A DNA stretch of 24,000 nucleotides from Skermania pinensis (GTDB lineage: Bacteria; Actinomycetota; Actinomycetes; Mycobacteriales; Mycobacteriaceae), in contig NZ_CP079105.1 in NCBI RefSeq assembly GCF_019285775.1, positions 3,270,603 through 3,294,602 on the forward strand, in the 5' to 3' direction. Below are positions 14,900 through 23,561 of this stretch, piece by piece. The stretch's first letter is position 1; each line of letters begins with the position of its first letter. The position numbers and the translations under genes are program-made. A model generated the notes under the pieces. It ran no database searches. It saw nothing but the letters and a program-made list of their open reading frames with translations, and was not told the origin of the DNA.

Positions 14900-15175
14900 C
14901 TACCGCGATGTCAAGCGGCGCCGGGTGATCAGGTTGTAGATCAACAGCAAGATGACCGACCCGATAACCGCACCGATGAAGGCGTGATTGACCGGCGGGG
15001 TGATGTCGAACTTGTGCGGCGCGAAGACCAAGCTGCCCAAGGTGCCGCCGACGAAACTCCCGGCAATACCGAGGATCGCCGTCGCAATCCAGCCGAAGTT
15101 TTCCTTTCCGGGCACGAGTAGACGGGCAACCGCACCTGCGATCAGGCCGATCACAATCATCCAGATGATTTCCAT
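14900..15175 (-). CDS. GlsB/YeaQ/YmgE-family stress-response membrane protein (transglycosylase-associated protein family)
   Basis: MEIIWMIVIGLIAGAVARLLVPGKENFGWIATAILGIAGSFVGGTLG is the family signature, with 3 TM helices. The ATG is preceded by AGGAG at a 7-nt spacing. Confidence 0.88.
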   Translation of the reverse strand: MEIIWMIVIGLIAGAVARLLVPGKENFGWIATAILGIAGSFVGGTLGSLVFAPHKFDITPPVNHAFIGAVIGSVILLLIYNLITRRRLTSR

Positions 15176-15241
15176 AGCGCACTCCTACCTACGATGTGGC
15201 CACGATCTCACAACAACCCGACCACGGGGAGCGACACGACG

Positions 15242-15275
15242 ACAGGGCCCCGGCCGATCCCGGCCGGGGCCCTGT
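15242..15275 (-). terminator. Strong GC-rich hairpin after the lectin-LysM gene
   Basis: acagggccccggccg-atcc-cggccggggccctgt: a perfect 15-bp stem and 4-nt loop, 15 nt downstream of the stop at 15290. Confidence 0.6.
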
Positions 15276-15289
15276 CGATCCTCGTACCC

Positions 15290-15862
15290 TCAGGGGAGCG
15301 TCAGCACCTGACCTGGATTGATCAGGTCCGGGTTGGCGATCCCGCTCAGGTTTGCAATCTCCTGATAGCGATTGCCGTCGCCCAGCTCTCGCTGCGCGAT
15401 GTCCCACAGCGTGTCGCCCGGCTGCACCGTGTAGGTGCGCGCGGCCGGCGGTGGCGGCGGGGCCTGCGCCGGCTCGGTCGGCGCCGGCGCGGGGGCCGCA
15501 GCCGGCTCCGGCTCCGGCGCCGCGTCACCCTCGACCGCGGTCTGCGAGGCCCACAGCGCGCCGCCGTCGGTCGCGTACAACACGACATTGCGGTCGGCCT
15601 GCAGCACGACCCGATCAGGGCTGTACCCGCTGGTCTGCGACGCCCAGGTCGCGGAGTCGTCCCCGTTGTACAGCACGAAGTTTCCGTCGCTCTGCAGCGT
15701 CGCCTTGACCGTCCCCGAGCCGTTGGTCCCGCTGGCCCAGACCGCGTTCCCGTTGTCCGACAAGACGAGATTGCCGTCATCCTGCAACGTCAGCCGGTAA
15801 GCGCCGTTGTCCAAAGACTGCCCGACGCCGAGGCTGTCGCCCACGCGCAACGTATCGCCCAC
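15290..15862 (-). CDS. Bulb-type (beta-prism II) mannose-binding lectin domain protein with a Pro/Ala linker and C-terminal LysM domain
   Basis: Three QxDxNxVxY-type motifs (LQDDGNLVLS, LQSDGNFVLY, LQADRNVVLY) interleave with W-containing strands. These are followed by a linker (PEPEPAAAPAPAPTEPAQAPPPPP) and a LysM domain (YTVQPGDTLWDIAQRELGDGNRYQEIANLSGIANPDLINPGQVLTLP). The GTG at 15862 is preceded by GGAAGGGGA. The N-terminus (V)GDTLRVGDSL resembles the M. smegmatis lectin MSMEG_3662 as I recall it. No signal peptide. Confidence 0.85.
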   Translation of the reverse strand: MGDTLRVGDSLGVGQSLDNGAYRLTLQDDGNLVLSDNGNAVWASGTNGSGTVKATLQSDGNFVLYNGDDSATWASQTSGYSPDRVVLQADRNVVLYATDGGALWASQTAVEGDAAPEPEPAAAPAPAPTEPAQAPPPPPAARTYTVQPGDTLWDIAQRELGDGNRYQEIANLSGIANPDLINPGQVLTLP

Positions 15863-16005
15863 GTGTTTCCCCTTCCGGAGGATTTCCGTTCGTAGCGCGG
15901 CTCCGTCTGCACCGTGCAACCGGACCGCGGTCGAGCATTACCGAGTGGTTTGCGCGACGTCGTCCAACCTACCCGTCCGAACCGGTGAAAAACCTCGTCC
16001 GCAAG

Positions 16006-17937
16006 CTATCGACGGCGCATTCTCAGGTAATCGGCCACCACTGCCGCACCCAACCCGTCCGGATCTGCGGCGACCACTCGGCCACCGATCCGGCGCGCCA
16101 TCGCATCGACGAATCGCGCCAGACCGGCGTCGTCGCCGAGCCGGAAGACCGTGACCTGGGCACCGAGCCGAGCCAGGTGATCGAGCTCGGCGACGGTACG
16201 ACCGAGCGTGCGCCGACTCGGCGGGTAGTCGAAGATCGCCGTTCCGTCCGGCTCCAGATGCGCGGTGGGTTCGCCGTCGGTCACGATCAGGACGACCGGC
16301 TGCGCGTTCGGATGCCGGCGCAGATGCCGGCCCGCCAGCAACAGCGCGTGGTGCAGGTTCGTGCCCTGCTCGTAGATGCCCTCCATCCCGGCCAATTCGG
16401 CCGGCTGCACGGTCCGGGCGTGTCGGCCGAACGCGATCAGCTGGAGATCGTCCCCCCGAAACCTGGTGCCGACCAGGTGATGCAGCGCCAGCGCGGTGCG
16501 TTTCATCGGCACCCACCGCCCCTCCAGCACCATCGACAACGAGACATCGACCAGCAGCGCCACGGCCGCCTGGGTGCGTTGCTCGGTTTCGGTCACCTCG
16601 ACGTCGGACACCTGTATCCGGACCGGCACCCGGCCGGGTTCGCGCAGTACCGCGTTGGTAATCGTGCGGGTCACGTCCCACGACTCGGTGTCGCCGAACT
16701 GCCAGGGCCGGGCGGATCCGGTGGGTTCGCCCAGCACCCCGGATCGGCGGGTCTCCCGTTGTCCGGTCCGTCCGGACAGCCGGCCCGAGACGTCGCGTAA
16801 CGCCGCCTCACCGAGCCGCCGCATCGCCCGCGGGGACAACCGCCATTGCCCGTCCGCGCCCTTGTCCAGATAGCCCTGCTGGTGCAACGCCTGCTCCAGC
16901 TCGGCCAAGGTGCGCAGGTCGGCGACCGCGTCCCGGCCCAGATGCCGGGCGAGCGATTCGACGTCGACGTCGTCCAGTTGTGCCCCGGCGTACTGCTGGC
17001 TCAACTGTTCGGCCAGCTGCTCGAGTTCGCCGATCTCCTGCAGCACCCCGGTCGCTTCCCCCAGACCCAACGGATTGTCCCCGCCGAACCGCTCGGTTCC
17101 GGTCCAATCCTCCATCGGCCGGGCTGCCTGCAGGTGTCGATCCAGCCGGTCGAGCTGTCCTTGCAGACTCGGCGAGCCGAAAGCCTGTTGCGCCAGCGCG
17201 TCCAACTCGGCCCGCTGCTCCGGGGTCAGGCTGTTCCGCAGCCGCTGCGCCGCAGCCGCCCGGGCCGCCAACGCGTCCAGGAGCTCCTCGACGTTGCTCG
17301 GATGCTCCGGGAAGAACCGGCCGTGCTCGGCCATGAAATCGCGAAACAGCTGCTCGGTGTTCTCGCCCCGCGCATGCGCGTCGAGCAGGTTGTTGAGATC
17401 GTCGAGCATCTGCGCGATGGCGTTTCGATCGTCGTCGGTCGCACCTTGCAGCGCCTGCTTCATCCCGGCGAACCGCTGATCCAAAAGCTCCCGGCCGAGC
17501 AGGTCACGGATCTGCTCGTAGTCGGCCCGCGCTTGCGGGCTGCGCCAGTCGTAGCCGGCCAGCTCCTGCACCGCCTGCGCCGGCGAGGTCGGCAACTCGG
17601 CCAGTTGCATCTCGGCGAACCGGGCGTCGTCGTCCAGGGCGCGGGCGAGCTCCTGCCGCTCGGTCAGCACCGCCCGATCGAGCAGCTGCTCGATCTCGGC
17701 CAGGGTGCCGTCCAACCGGCTGCGCGAGAGCAGGTCCCGACGTCGCTGGTGGACTTGGCGGGCCAGCTCGTCGAGGCCCTTGGTCCGCTGATTGCCCCGA
17801 CGCAGAAACTCCTGGAGGGCTCGCCGTGGCGACGCGCCACCCAGTACGTCGGCACCGATCGCCTCCAGCGCCTCGCGCAGGTCGACCGGCGGCGCCAGCG
17901 GATCGCTGCCGTCGTAAGGGACGTACCGGCTGCTCAT
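16006..17937 (-). CDS. VWA (von Willebrand factor A) domain protein with a long helical N-terminal region (Rv0959-like)
   Basis: The C-terminal VWA domain has MIDAS DxSxS (LLVDVSLSM) and later VLIVTDGEPT. The N-terminal roughly 430 aa are helical and rich in Glu, Arg, Leu and Gln. The ATG (17937-17935) overlaps the upstream gene's TGA (17939-17937). Confidence 0.85.
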   Translation of the reverse strand: MSSRYVPYDGSDPLAPPVDLREALEAIGADVLGGASPRRALQEFLRRGNQRTKGLDELARQVHQRRRDLLSRSRLDGTLAEIEQLLDRAVLTERQELARALDDDARFAEMQLAELPTSPAQAVQELAGYDWRSPQARADYEQIRDLLGRELLDQRFAGMKQALQGATDDDRNAIAQMLDDLNNLLDAHARGENTEQLFRDFMAEHGRFFPEHPSNVEELLDALAARAAAAQRLRNSLTPEQRAELDALAQQAFGSPSLQGQLDRLDRHLQAARPMEDWTGTERFGGDNPLGLGEATGVLQEIGELEQLAEQLSQQYAGAQLDDVDVESLARHLGRDAVADLRTLAELEQALHQQGYLDKGADGQWRLSPRAMRRLGEAALRDVSGRLSGRTGQRETRRSGVLGEPTGSARPWQFGDTESWDVTRTITNAVLREPGRVPVRIQVSDVEVTETEQRTQAAVALLVDVSLSMVLEGRWVPMKRTALALHHLVGTRFRGDDLQLIAFGRHARTVQPAELAGMEGIYEQGTNLHHALLLAGRHLRRHPNAQPVVLIVTDGEPTAHLEPDGTAIFDYPPSRRTLGRTVAELDHLARLGAQVTVFRLGDDAGLARFVDAMARRIGGRVVAADPDGLGAAVVADYLRMRRR

Positions 17938-19328
17938 CAGCCGTACACCAGCTGCCCGTCAGATTCGATCTTGGAGATTCGACGCGCCAGGTACAGCCCC
18001 TCCAGCGCGAACTCGGCTGCGGCGGCGCGTTCTCCGACCGTCTCCGCCGCCAGGCGCTCGGCAACCAGATCCAGCGCCGCCAGCTCGGGCAGTTCGTCCA
18101 GCAACGCCTTGGCCGGTACCCGGGCGCCGGTGATCACGGGCTCGCCTTGTTCCACCGCGGCGACCAGCGTGGCCAGATCGATTCCGCCGAGCCGGTCCCG
18201 GGCGGTCTCCGCGGTGGCGCGCCGCAGCAGGTGCTCGAGCACCTCGAGCTCACGACCCTCCTCACCGGACTCGAACTCGATCTTGCCGCGCAACACCTCG
18301 ACCACGGTGCCCAGGTCGACCGGGCGAGCCACCGGTTCCGCTTCGCCGACGATCGTGGCTCGATGCAGTGCCGCCGCCGCAACGGTTTCCGCCGCGGCGA
18401 CCGCGAACCGGGCCGATACGCCGGACCGCTGGTCGACGGCGGTCGACTCCCGCAACAATCGGGTGAACCGCGCCAGCACCTCCAGCAGATAGTCCGGCAC
18501 CGCTGCGACCAACGCTGCCTCCTGCCGGACCACCGCGACTTCGTCGGCCACCTGCAAGGGGTAATGAGTCCGGATCTCGGCGCCGAAGCGGTCCTTCAGC
18601 GGGGTGATGATCCGGCCCCGGTTGGTGTAGTCCTCCGGGTTGGCACTCGCCACCAGCAACACGTCCAGCGGAAGCCGCAGGGTATACCCGCGGACCTGGA
18701 TGTCGCGCTCCTCCATCACGTTGAGCAGCGACACCTGAATCCGTTCGGCCAGGTCGGGCAGCTCGTTGAGCGCGACGATCCCCCGATGCGCGCGCGGCAC
18801 CAAACCGAAATGAATGGTCTCCGGGTCGCCGAGACTGCGTCCTTCCGCAACCTTCACCGGATCGACGTCGCCGACCAGGTCGGCCACCGAGGTGTCCGGC
18901 GTGGCCAGCTTCTCGCTGTAGCGCTCGTCCCGGTGCCGCCAGGTCACCGGCAGGTCGGCACCGAGTTCGGCCGCGCGTCGGATCGAGGCCGGGGTGATCG
19001 GGTCGTACGGGTGCTCGGGCAGCTCCGCACCGGCGATCACCGGTGTCCACTCGTCCAGCAACTGCACCAACGTGCGCAGCAACCGGGTCTTTCCCTGACC
19101 GCGCTCGCCCAGCAGTACCACGTCGTGCCCGGCGATCAGGGCCCGCTCCAGCTGTGGCACCACCGTCGACTCGAACCCGACGATGCCCGGCCAGGGGTCG
19201 CCGCCGTCCCGAAGTACCGCAAGCAGATTGGCGCGAATCTCGTCCTTCACCCCGCGTCGGGTGTGTCCGGTAGCGCGCAGTTCACCGACCGTGCGCGGGG
19301 TGGGTGGGGACGTCGGGTGCCGGGTCAT
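17937..19328 (-). CDS. AAA+ ATPase of the ChlI/BchI magnesium-chelatase-like group (Rv0958-like)
   Basis: Walker A LLGERGQGKTRL. Walker-B region RGIVALNELPDL followed by QVSLLNVMEERDIQVRGYTLRLPLDVLLVASANPEDY (sensor-1 / ChlI-like) and RFGAEIRTHYP. It is followed directly by the VWA gene. Confidence 0.88.
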   Translation of the reverse strand: MTRHPTSPPTPRTVGELRATGHTRRGVKDEIRANLLAVLRDGGDPWPGIVGFESTVVPQLERALIAGHDVVLLGERGQGKTRLLRTLVQLLDEWTPVIAGAELPEHPYDPITPASIRRAAELGADLPVTWRHRDERYSEKLATPDTSVADLVGDVDPVKVAEGRSLGDPETIHFGLVPRAHRGIVALNELPDLAERIQVSLLNVMEERDIQVRGYTLRLPLDVLLVASANPEDYTNRGRIITPLKDRFGAEIRTHYPLQVADEVAVVRQEAALVAAVPDYLLEVLARFTRLLRESTAVDQRSGVSARFAVAAAETVAAAALHRATIVGEAEPVARPVDLGTVVEVLRGKIEFESGEEGRELEVLEHLLRRATAETARDRLGGIDLATLVAAVEQGEPVITGARVPAKALLDELPELAALDLVAERLAAETVGERAAAAEFALEGLYLARRISKIESDGQLVYG

Positions 19329-19396
19329 CCCCCCACGCTACGAGGGTGGTCGCAACGCGGCCACCCGACCTCCCGGGCGATACGTACACTCCAGCC

Positions 19397-19972
19397 ATGG
19401 ACACCTGGGTGCTACCCACCCTGCTCGGACTCGGCTTGTCCGCCGCGACCGGGTACCGCACCTTCCTGCCCCTGCTGATGTTGAGCGCCACCGCACACTT
19501 CGGTTGGTTCGGCGTCGAACTCAACAGTTCGTTCGGCTGGCTCGGTTCCACCGCCGCGCTGGTCGCCTTGCTCGTCGCGACCGGCTTCGAGCTGACCACG
19601 GACTTGATTCCCGGGGTGGACAACGTCAAGTCGGTCGTCGGCAACCTCACCCGGCCGCTGGCCGCCGCGGTCGCGACCGGCGCGGTGTTCGCAAACCTGG
19701 ATCCGTCCGCGGCCGCGATCGCCGGGCTGATCATCGGCGCCCCCACCGCACTCGCGTTCGCGACCGCGCAAACCGGAACCCGGGCCGCCAGCACGGCGAC
19801 CACCGCCGGTGCCGCCAACCCGGTCATTTCGGTACTGGAAGACATCGTCTCGTTCACCACCGCGTTGATCGCACTGGTCGTGCCGGTGCTGATCCCGCTC
19901 GTGCTACTCGCACTCGGCTGGCTGATCTACCGGGCAGTGCGGCGGTTTCGATCCCGTCCGGCACCGGCCTGA
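19397..19972 (+). CDS. DUF4126 domain-containing integral membrane protein
   Basis: MDTWVLPTLLGLGLSAATGYRTFLPLLMLS..., FELTTDLIPGVDNV and TAGAANPVISVLEDIVSF, with several TM helices. It is divergent from the AAA+ gene. The ATG at 19397 was chosen over the track start at 19304. Confidence 0.8.
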   Translation: MDTWVLPTLLGLGLSAATGYRTFLPLLMLSATAHFGWFGVELNSSFGWLGSTAALVALLVATGFELTTDLIPGVDNVKSVVGNLTRPLAAAVATGAVFANLDPSAAAIAGLIIGAPTALAFATAQTGTRAASTATTAGAANPVISVLEDIVSFTTALIALVVPVLIPLVLLALGWLIYRAVRRFRSRPAPA

Positions 19973-19988
19973 ACATCTCGCCGATCGA

Positions 19989-21545
19989 TCAGTGGGCGAA
20001 GTGCCTGGCCCCGGTGAAGTACATGGTCACCCCGGCGGCCTGCGCCGCGGCGACGGTCTGCTCGTCCCGCACCGACCCGCCCGGTTGGACGATCGCGCGT
20101 ACCCCGGCGTCCAGCAGAATCTGTGGGCCGTCGGGAAACGGGAAGAACGCGTCCGAGGCGGCCACCGATCCGGCCGCTCGGTCGCCGGCCCTAGCGACCG
20201 CCAGCCGACACGAGTCGACCCGGTTGACCTGGCCCATGCCGATCCCGACCGACGCGCCGTCGCGCGCGAGCAGAATCGCATTGGACTTGACGGCACGGCA
20301 GGCCCGCCAGGCGAACTCCAGGTCGGCGAGCATGTCCGGATCGGCAGCCGGTCCCGCTACCAGGGTCCACCTCGTGCTGTCGTCGCCCGCGGCGGTCAGG
20401 TCGTCGCGGTGCTGCAGTAACGCCCCACCGCTGATCGGGCGGAGCTCCACTCCCGCACCCACGAGCGGCTCGGCGCGCAGCACCCGCAGGTTCGCTTTGC
20501 GCGCCAGCACCTCGACGGCGCCGTCGGCGTAACCGGGAGCCACGATCACTTCGGTGAAGATCTCGGCGACCTGTTCCGCCATCGCCACGCTCACCTCGCC
20601 GTTGGTCGCGATGACCCCGCCGTACGCGCTCTGCGGATCACAGGCGTGTGCCTTGCGATGCGCTTCGGCGATGTCGGCACCGATCGCGATACCGCACGGG
20701 TTGGCATGTTTGATCACCGCGACGGCCGGCGCGCTGTGGTCGAACGCGGCCCGGCGGGCCGCATCGGCGTCGGTGTAGTTGTTGTACGACATCGCTTTAC
20801 CGTGCAGCTGCGCCGCCTGGGCCAGCCCGGCCGGACCCGCACCGGATCGATACAACGCCGCCGGCTGATGCGGGTTCTCGCCGTAGCGCAGCACCGCGGT
20901 CCGCTCCCAGGTACCCGCCACCCAGTCCGGGAACGGACTCTCGTCGGGGGCCAGGACGCTGGTCGTCCAGCCGGCGACCGCGACGTCGTATGCCGCGGTG
21001 TGCCGGAACCCGCGGGCGGCCAACCGGGCCCGCTCGGCCAGGGTGAATCCGCCGGAACCGACCGCGGCCAGGACCGCCGGATAGTCGGCCGGATCGACCA
21101 CCACGGCCACCGAAGGATGATTCTTCGCGGCGGCCCGAACCATCGACGGTCCGCCGATATCGATCTGTTCCACACACTCGTCGGGCCCGGCCCCGGCGGC
21201 AACCGTCGCGGTGAAGGGATACAGGTTCACCACCACCAGCTCGAACGCTTCCACCCCGAGGTCGGCGAGTTGATCGAGATGCTCCGGCCGCCGGGTATCG
21301 GCGAGGATGCCCGCGTGAATGCGGGGGTGCAAGGTCTTCACCCGGCCGTCCAGCGTCTCCGGAAACCCGGTCAGGTCCTCCACCTTGGTGACCGGGACCC
21401 CGGCAGCCGCAATCGTCGCTGCGGTCGAGCCGGTCGAGACGATCTCGACCCCGGCATCGTGCAACCCCGCGGCCAGCTCCGCAAGCCCGGTTTTGTCGTA
21501 GACGCTCAACAACGCCCGGCGCACCGGCTTCCGCTCACTCACCAC
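19989..21545 (-). CDS. purH: Bifunctional AICAR transformylase / IMP cyclohydrolase PurH
   Basis: [79 protein letters not shown] and the QPGGS..D end motifs are all present. The GTG start overlaps the purN stop. Confidence 0.95.
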   Translation of the reverse strand: MVSERKPVRRALLSVYDKTGLAELAAGLHDAGVEIVSTGSTAATIAAAGVPVTKVEDLTGFPETLDGRVKTLHPRIHAGILADTRRPEHLDQLADLGVEAFELVVVNLYPFTATVAAGAGPDECVEQIDIGGPSMVRAAAKNHPSVAVVVDPADYPAVLAAVGSGGFTLAERARLAARGFRHTAAYDVAVAGWTTSVLAPDESPFPDWVAGTWERTAVLRYGENPHQPAALYRSGAGPAGLAQAAQLHGKAMSYNNYTDADAARRAAFDHSAPAVAVIKHANPCGIAIGADIAEAHRKAHACDPQSAYGGVIATNGEVSVAMAEQVAEIFTEVIVAPGYADGAVEVLARKANLRVLRAEPLVGAGVELRPISGGALLQHRDDLTAAGDDSTRWTLVAGPAADPDMLADLEFAWRACRAVKSNAILLARDGASVGIGMGQVNRVDSCRLAVARAGDRAAGSVAASDAFFPFPDGPQILLDAGVRAIVQPGGSVRDEQTVAAAQAAGVTMYFTGARHFAH

Positions 21546-22165
21546 GAGATCCGCGCCTTTCGTCCGTCCGATACCACGCCGTGTCGTACCACCGCCGCGA
21601 CGACGTCGGCGAGCAGTCGCCGTTCGACCACCTTGATTCGTTCGTGCAGCGTGGCTTCGTCGTCGTCGGGATGCACGGGCACCGCTTCCTGCGCGAGGAT
21701 CGGCCCGGTATCGACGCCCTCGTCGACCAGGTGCACCGTCGCCCCGGTGATCTTGACACCGTAAGCGAGCGCATCCGCAACCCCGTGTGCCCCGGGGAAC
21801 GACGGGAGCAGCGCCGGGTGCGAGTTGACGATGCGGCCCTGGTACTCGCCCAGGAATGCCGGGCCGAGCAGCCGCATGAAGCCGGCCGTCACCACGAGAT
21901 CGGGGTGGTAGCCGCGTACCGCAGCGGTGAGCGCCCGGTCCCAGTCGGCCCGCCGGGCGTAATCACCAGGTGCGACGGTGAACCAGGGAACACCCGCGGC
22001 ATCCGCATGCCCGGTCGCGGCGCAGGTCCGGTCCACCCCGACCGCAACCACCTCGGCCGGGTACCCGGCATCGGTGGTGGCCGCGATCAGCGCCCGTAAC
22101 AGCGAGCCGGTACCGGAAGCGAGAACCACCAGGCGCGCCGGCGCACGATCGGTCGGGTTGATCAC
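21539..22165 (-). CDS. purN: Phosphoribosylglycinamide formyltransferase PurN
   Basis: [52 protein letters not shown] and [23 protein letters not shown] are PurN signatures. The GTG at 22165 lies 10 nt after the perM stop. The track start at 22360 reads through the perM 3' repeat and is rejected. Confidence 0.9.
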   Translation of the reverse strand: MINPTDRAPARLVVLASGTGSLLRALIAATTDAGYPAEVVAVGVDRTCAATGHADAAGVPWFTVAPGDYARRADWDRALTAAVRGYHPDLVVTAGFMRLLGPAFLGEYQGRIVNSHPALLPSFPGAHGVADALAYGVKITGATVHLVDEGVDTGPILAQEAVPVHPDDDEATLHERIKVVERRLLADVVAAVVRHGVVSDGRKARISW

Positions 22166-22175
22166 CCGAGAAAGC

Positions 22176-23504
22176 CTAATCGGTTTCGTCGTCCCGGCTC
22201 GCCGCGGTGTCATCGTCCCGGCTCGCCGCGGTGTCATCGTCCCGGCTCGCCGGGGTGGCCGGCACGGCGGGAACCGCCACAACCGGCACGGCGGGGTTCG
22301 GCACGGCGCGGCGCACCACCACGCCGGACCGCCCGCGGGTGGCGACCGCGGCGGCCGCACTGCCCAGCGCGGCGAGCCAGATCGTGGTCAAGCCGGCGAA
22401 CGGACCGACGCTCACCCCGACCCGACCGAACGTGCCGAGTTCGCCGCCACACAGCGCACCGGCCGACAATGCCGCCAGGCCGGTGACCACGGCGGCGGTC
22501 AGCACGGCGCCGAGGGCGTCGGCCCGGCTGCCACACCGGGCCGCGCACTCGCGACCGAGCTGGATCGCCACGACTGCCGGAATGATCAGCAGCAGCGGAT
22601 ACCACGCCGCGGCCGGACCGGTCGGCAATGCGGATAACACCGGCAGCCCCGGAACGGGGCCGCCGTGCACAGCGAACAGGTCGACCGACGCGGTACCGAT
22701 CGTGGCCTTCGTGCCGGTCACCACCGCCACGGCCCCTACCACGACGTTCGGCAGGTAGCCCAGCGACAACACGATCAAACCGAGGCCACCGACGAAACCG
22801 TCACCGGTATTCAGCAGCTCGACCGCGACCGACCAGTGGATCAGTAACGAGATCGCGACGACGCCGGCGGCCGCCACCAGCAGGCGGCGTATCGCCGCCC
22901 CAGCGGCGCCGAATCCGGCCGGCAACCAGTCGGGCGCCCCGGCGCCGTCGGCCACCCGCCGCCAGGTGCGCGCGAGCACCCCGGCGGCCGCCGCGCAACC
23001 GTGCAGTACCACCACCCAACCGAAGGCGAGCAGGGTATCCGGCGGCGCCAGCGCGTTCGACGCCGAAGCGTCCTTGACCACCGCCAGCGTGACCACCGTG
23101 ACGGCGAGTGGGCCGCCGATCGCAGCAGCCAACACCCAGATGATGTCGGCGCGGGAGCTGTCGGCCGTGGTGGCCGCCGCCGCGGACCGCGCGGTGAGGT
23201 ACATCGCGCCGACCGTCGGAGCCAGCGGCAACACCGACAACGCGGTGGTCCCAATCGTGAGCGGGACCTGGTGGACGCCGAGCCAGCCGGCCGCGATCGC
23301 CGCTGCGGCACCACTGAGCCCGCCGCCGAAGAGCATGGCGCACCCGACCAGTCCGGCGACCACGGCAAGCACGGTCGTGCTGGACCGGAGCGCTACGCCG
23401 AGCAGCACCCGGAACTGCTCCGGCGAGGGCAGCTGCGGCGCGGTTCGGACGGGCGGACGAGCGGGCCGCACCGTCCGGGCGCTGCGTTCCAGGAGGGCAC
23501 ACAT
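22176..23504 (-). CDS. perM: Polytopic integral membrane protein, PerM-like (Rv0955-type cell-division-associated protein) with a repeated acidic C-terminal tail
   Basis: About 10 predicted TM helices rich in Ala, Gly, Leu and Val. It lies immediately upstream of purN-purH, as for Rv0955. The family assignment rests on synteny and architecture rather than a recognised motif. ATG at 23504. Confidence 0.65.
   Translation of the reverse strand: MCALLERSARTVRPARPPVRTAPQLPSPEQFRVLLGVALRSSTTVLAVVAGLVGCAMLFGGGLSGAAAAIAAGWLGVHQVPLTIGTTALSVLPLAPTVGAMYLTARSAAAATTADSSRADIIWVLAAAIGGPLAVTVVTLAVVKDASASNALAPPDTLLAFGWVVVLHGCAAAAGVLARTWRRVADGAGAPDWLPAGFGAAGAAIRRLLVAAAGVVAISLLIHWSVAVELLNTGDGFVGGLGLIVLSLGYLPNVVVGAVAVVTGTKATIGTASVDLFAVHGGPVPGLPVLSALPTGPAAAWYPLLLIIPAVVAIQLGRECAARCGSRADALGAVLTAAVVTGLAALSAGALCGGELGTFGRVGVSVGPFAGLTTIWLAALGSAAAAVATRGRSGVVVRRAVPNPAVPVVAVPAVPATPASRDDDTAASRDDDTAASRDDETD
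22179..22250. repeat. 24-bp tandem repeat x3 (two identical copies plus one diverged) inside the perM 3' end
   Basis: On the plus strand, cgcggtgtcatcgtcccggctcgc occurs at 22203-22226 and again at 22227-22250. A diverged copy, atcggtttcgtcgtcccggctcgc, occupies 22179-22202. Together they encode ASRDDDTA-ASRDDDTA-ASRDDETD. Confidence 0.9.
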
Positions 23505-23561
23505 CGCCCACAGCGTGACATCCGACCGTGCCTCGCTGCGGCAGGCGCGCCGACGCGTTGC

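Noticed and set aside
12621-14939. 772-aa ORF on the plus strand, the longest ORF in the window
   Set aside because: It runs exactly antisense to mprB and mprA, which carry unmistakable kinase and regulator motifs. Its translation is Arg/Gly/Pro/His-rich with no motifs. This is a typical shadow ORF of high-GC DNA.
15863-16005. Possible c-di-AMP (ydaO-type) riboswitch upstream of the LysM-domain gene, by analogy with rpfA-type genes
   Set aside because: Reading the minus strand, I could not find the conserved ydaO core strings (for example the GCUAACCUCGUAAGC-like segment). The GGAAGGGGA there is explained as the ribosome-binding site. A covariance-model scan (Rfam RF00379) would settle it.
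16846-19478. Two long plus-strand ORFs (548 and 550 aa)
   Set aside because: Both are antisense shadows of the VWA and AAA+ genes. Neither has motifs, and both have Arg/Pro/Gln-rich compositions.
21539-22360. Long N-terminal extension of purN (track start 22360) containing RRAGTMTP repeats
   Set aside because: The extension is the perM 24-bp repeat read in another frame and would overlap the perM 3' end by about 185 bp. PurN homology begins at [11 protein letters not shown], just after the GTG at 22165.
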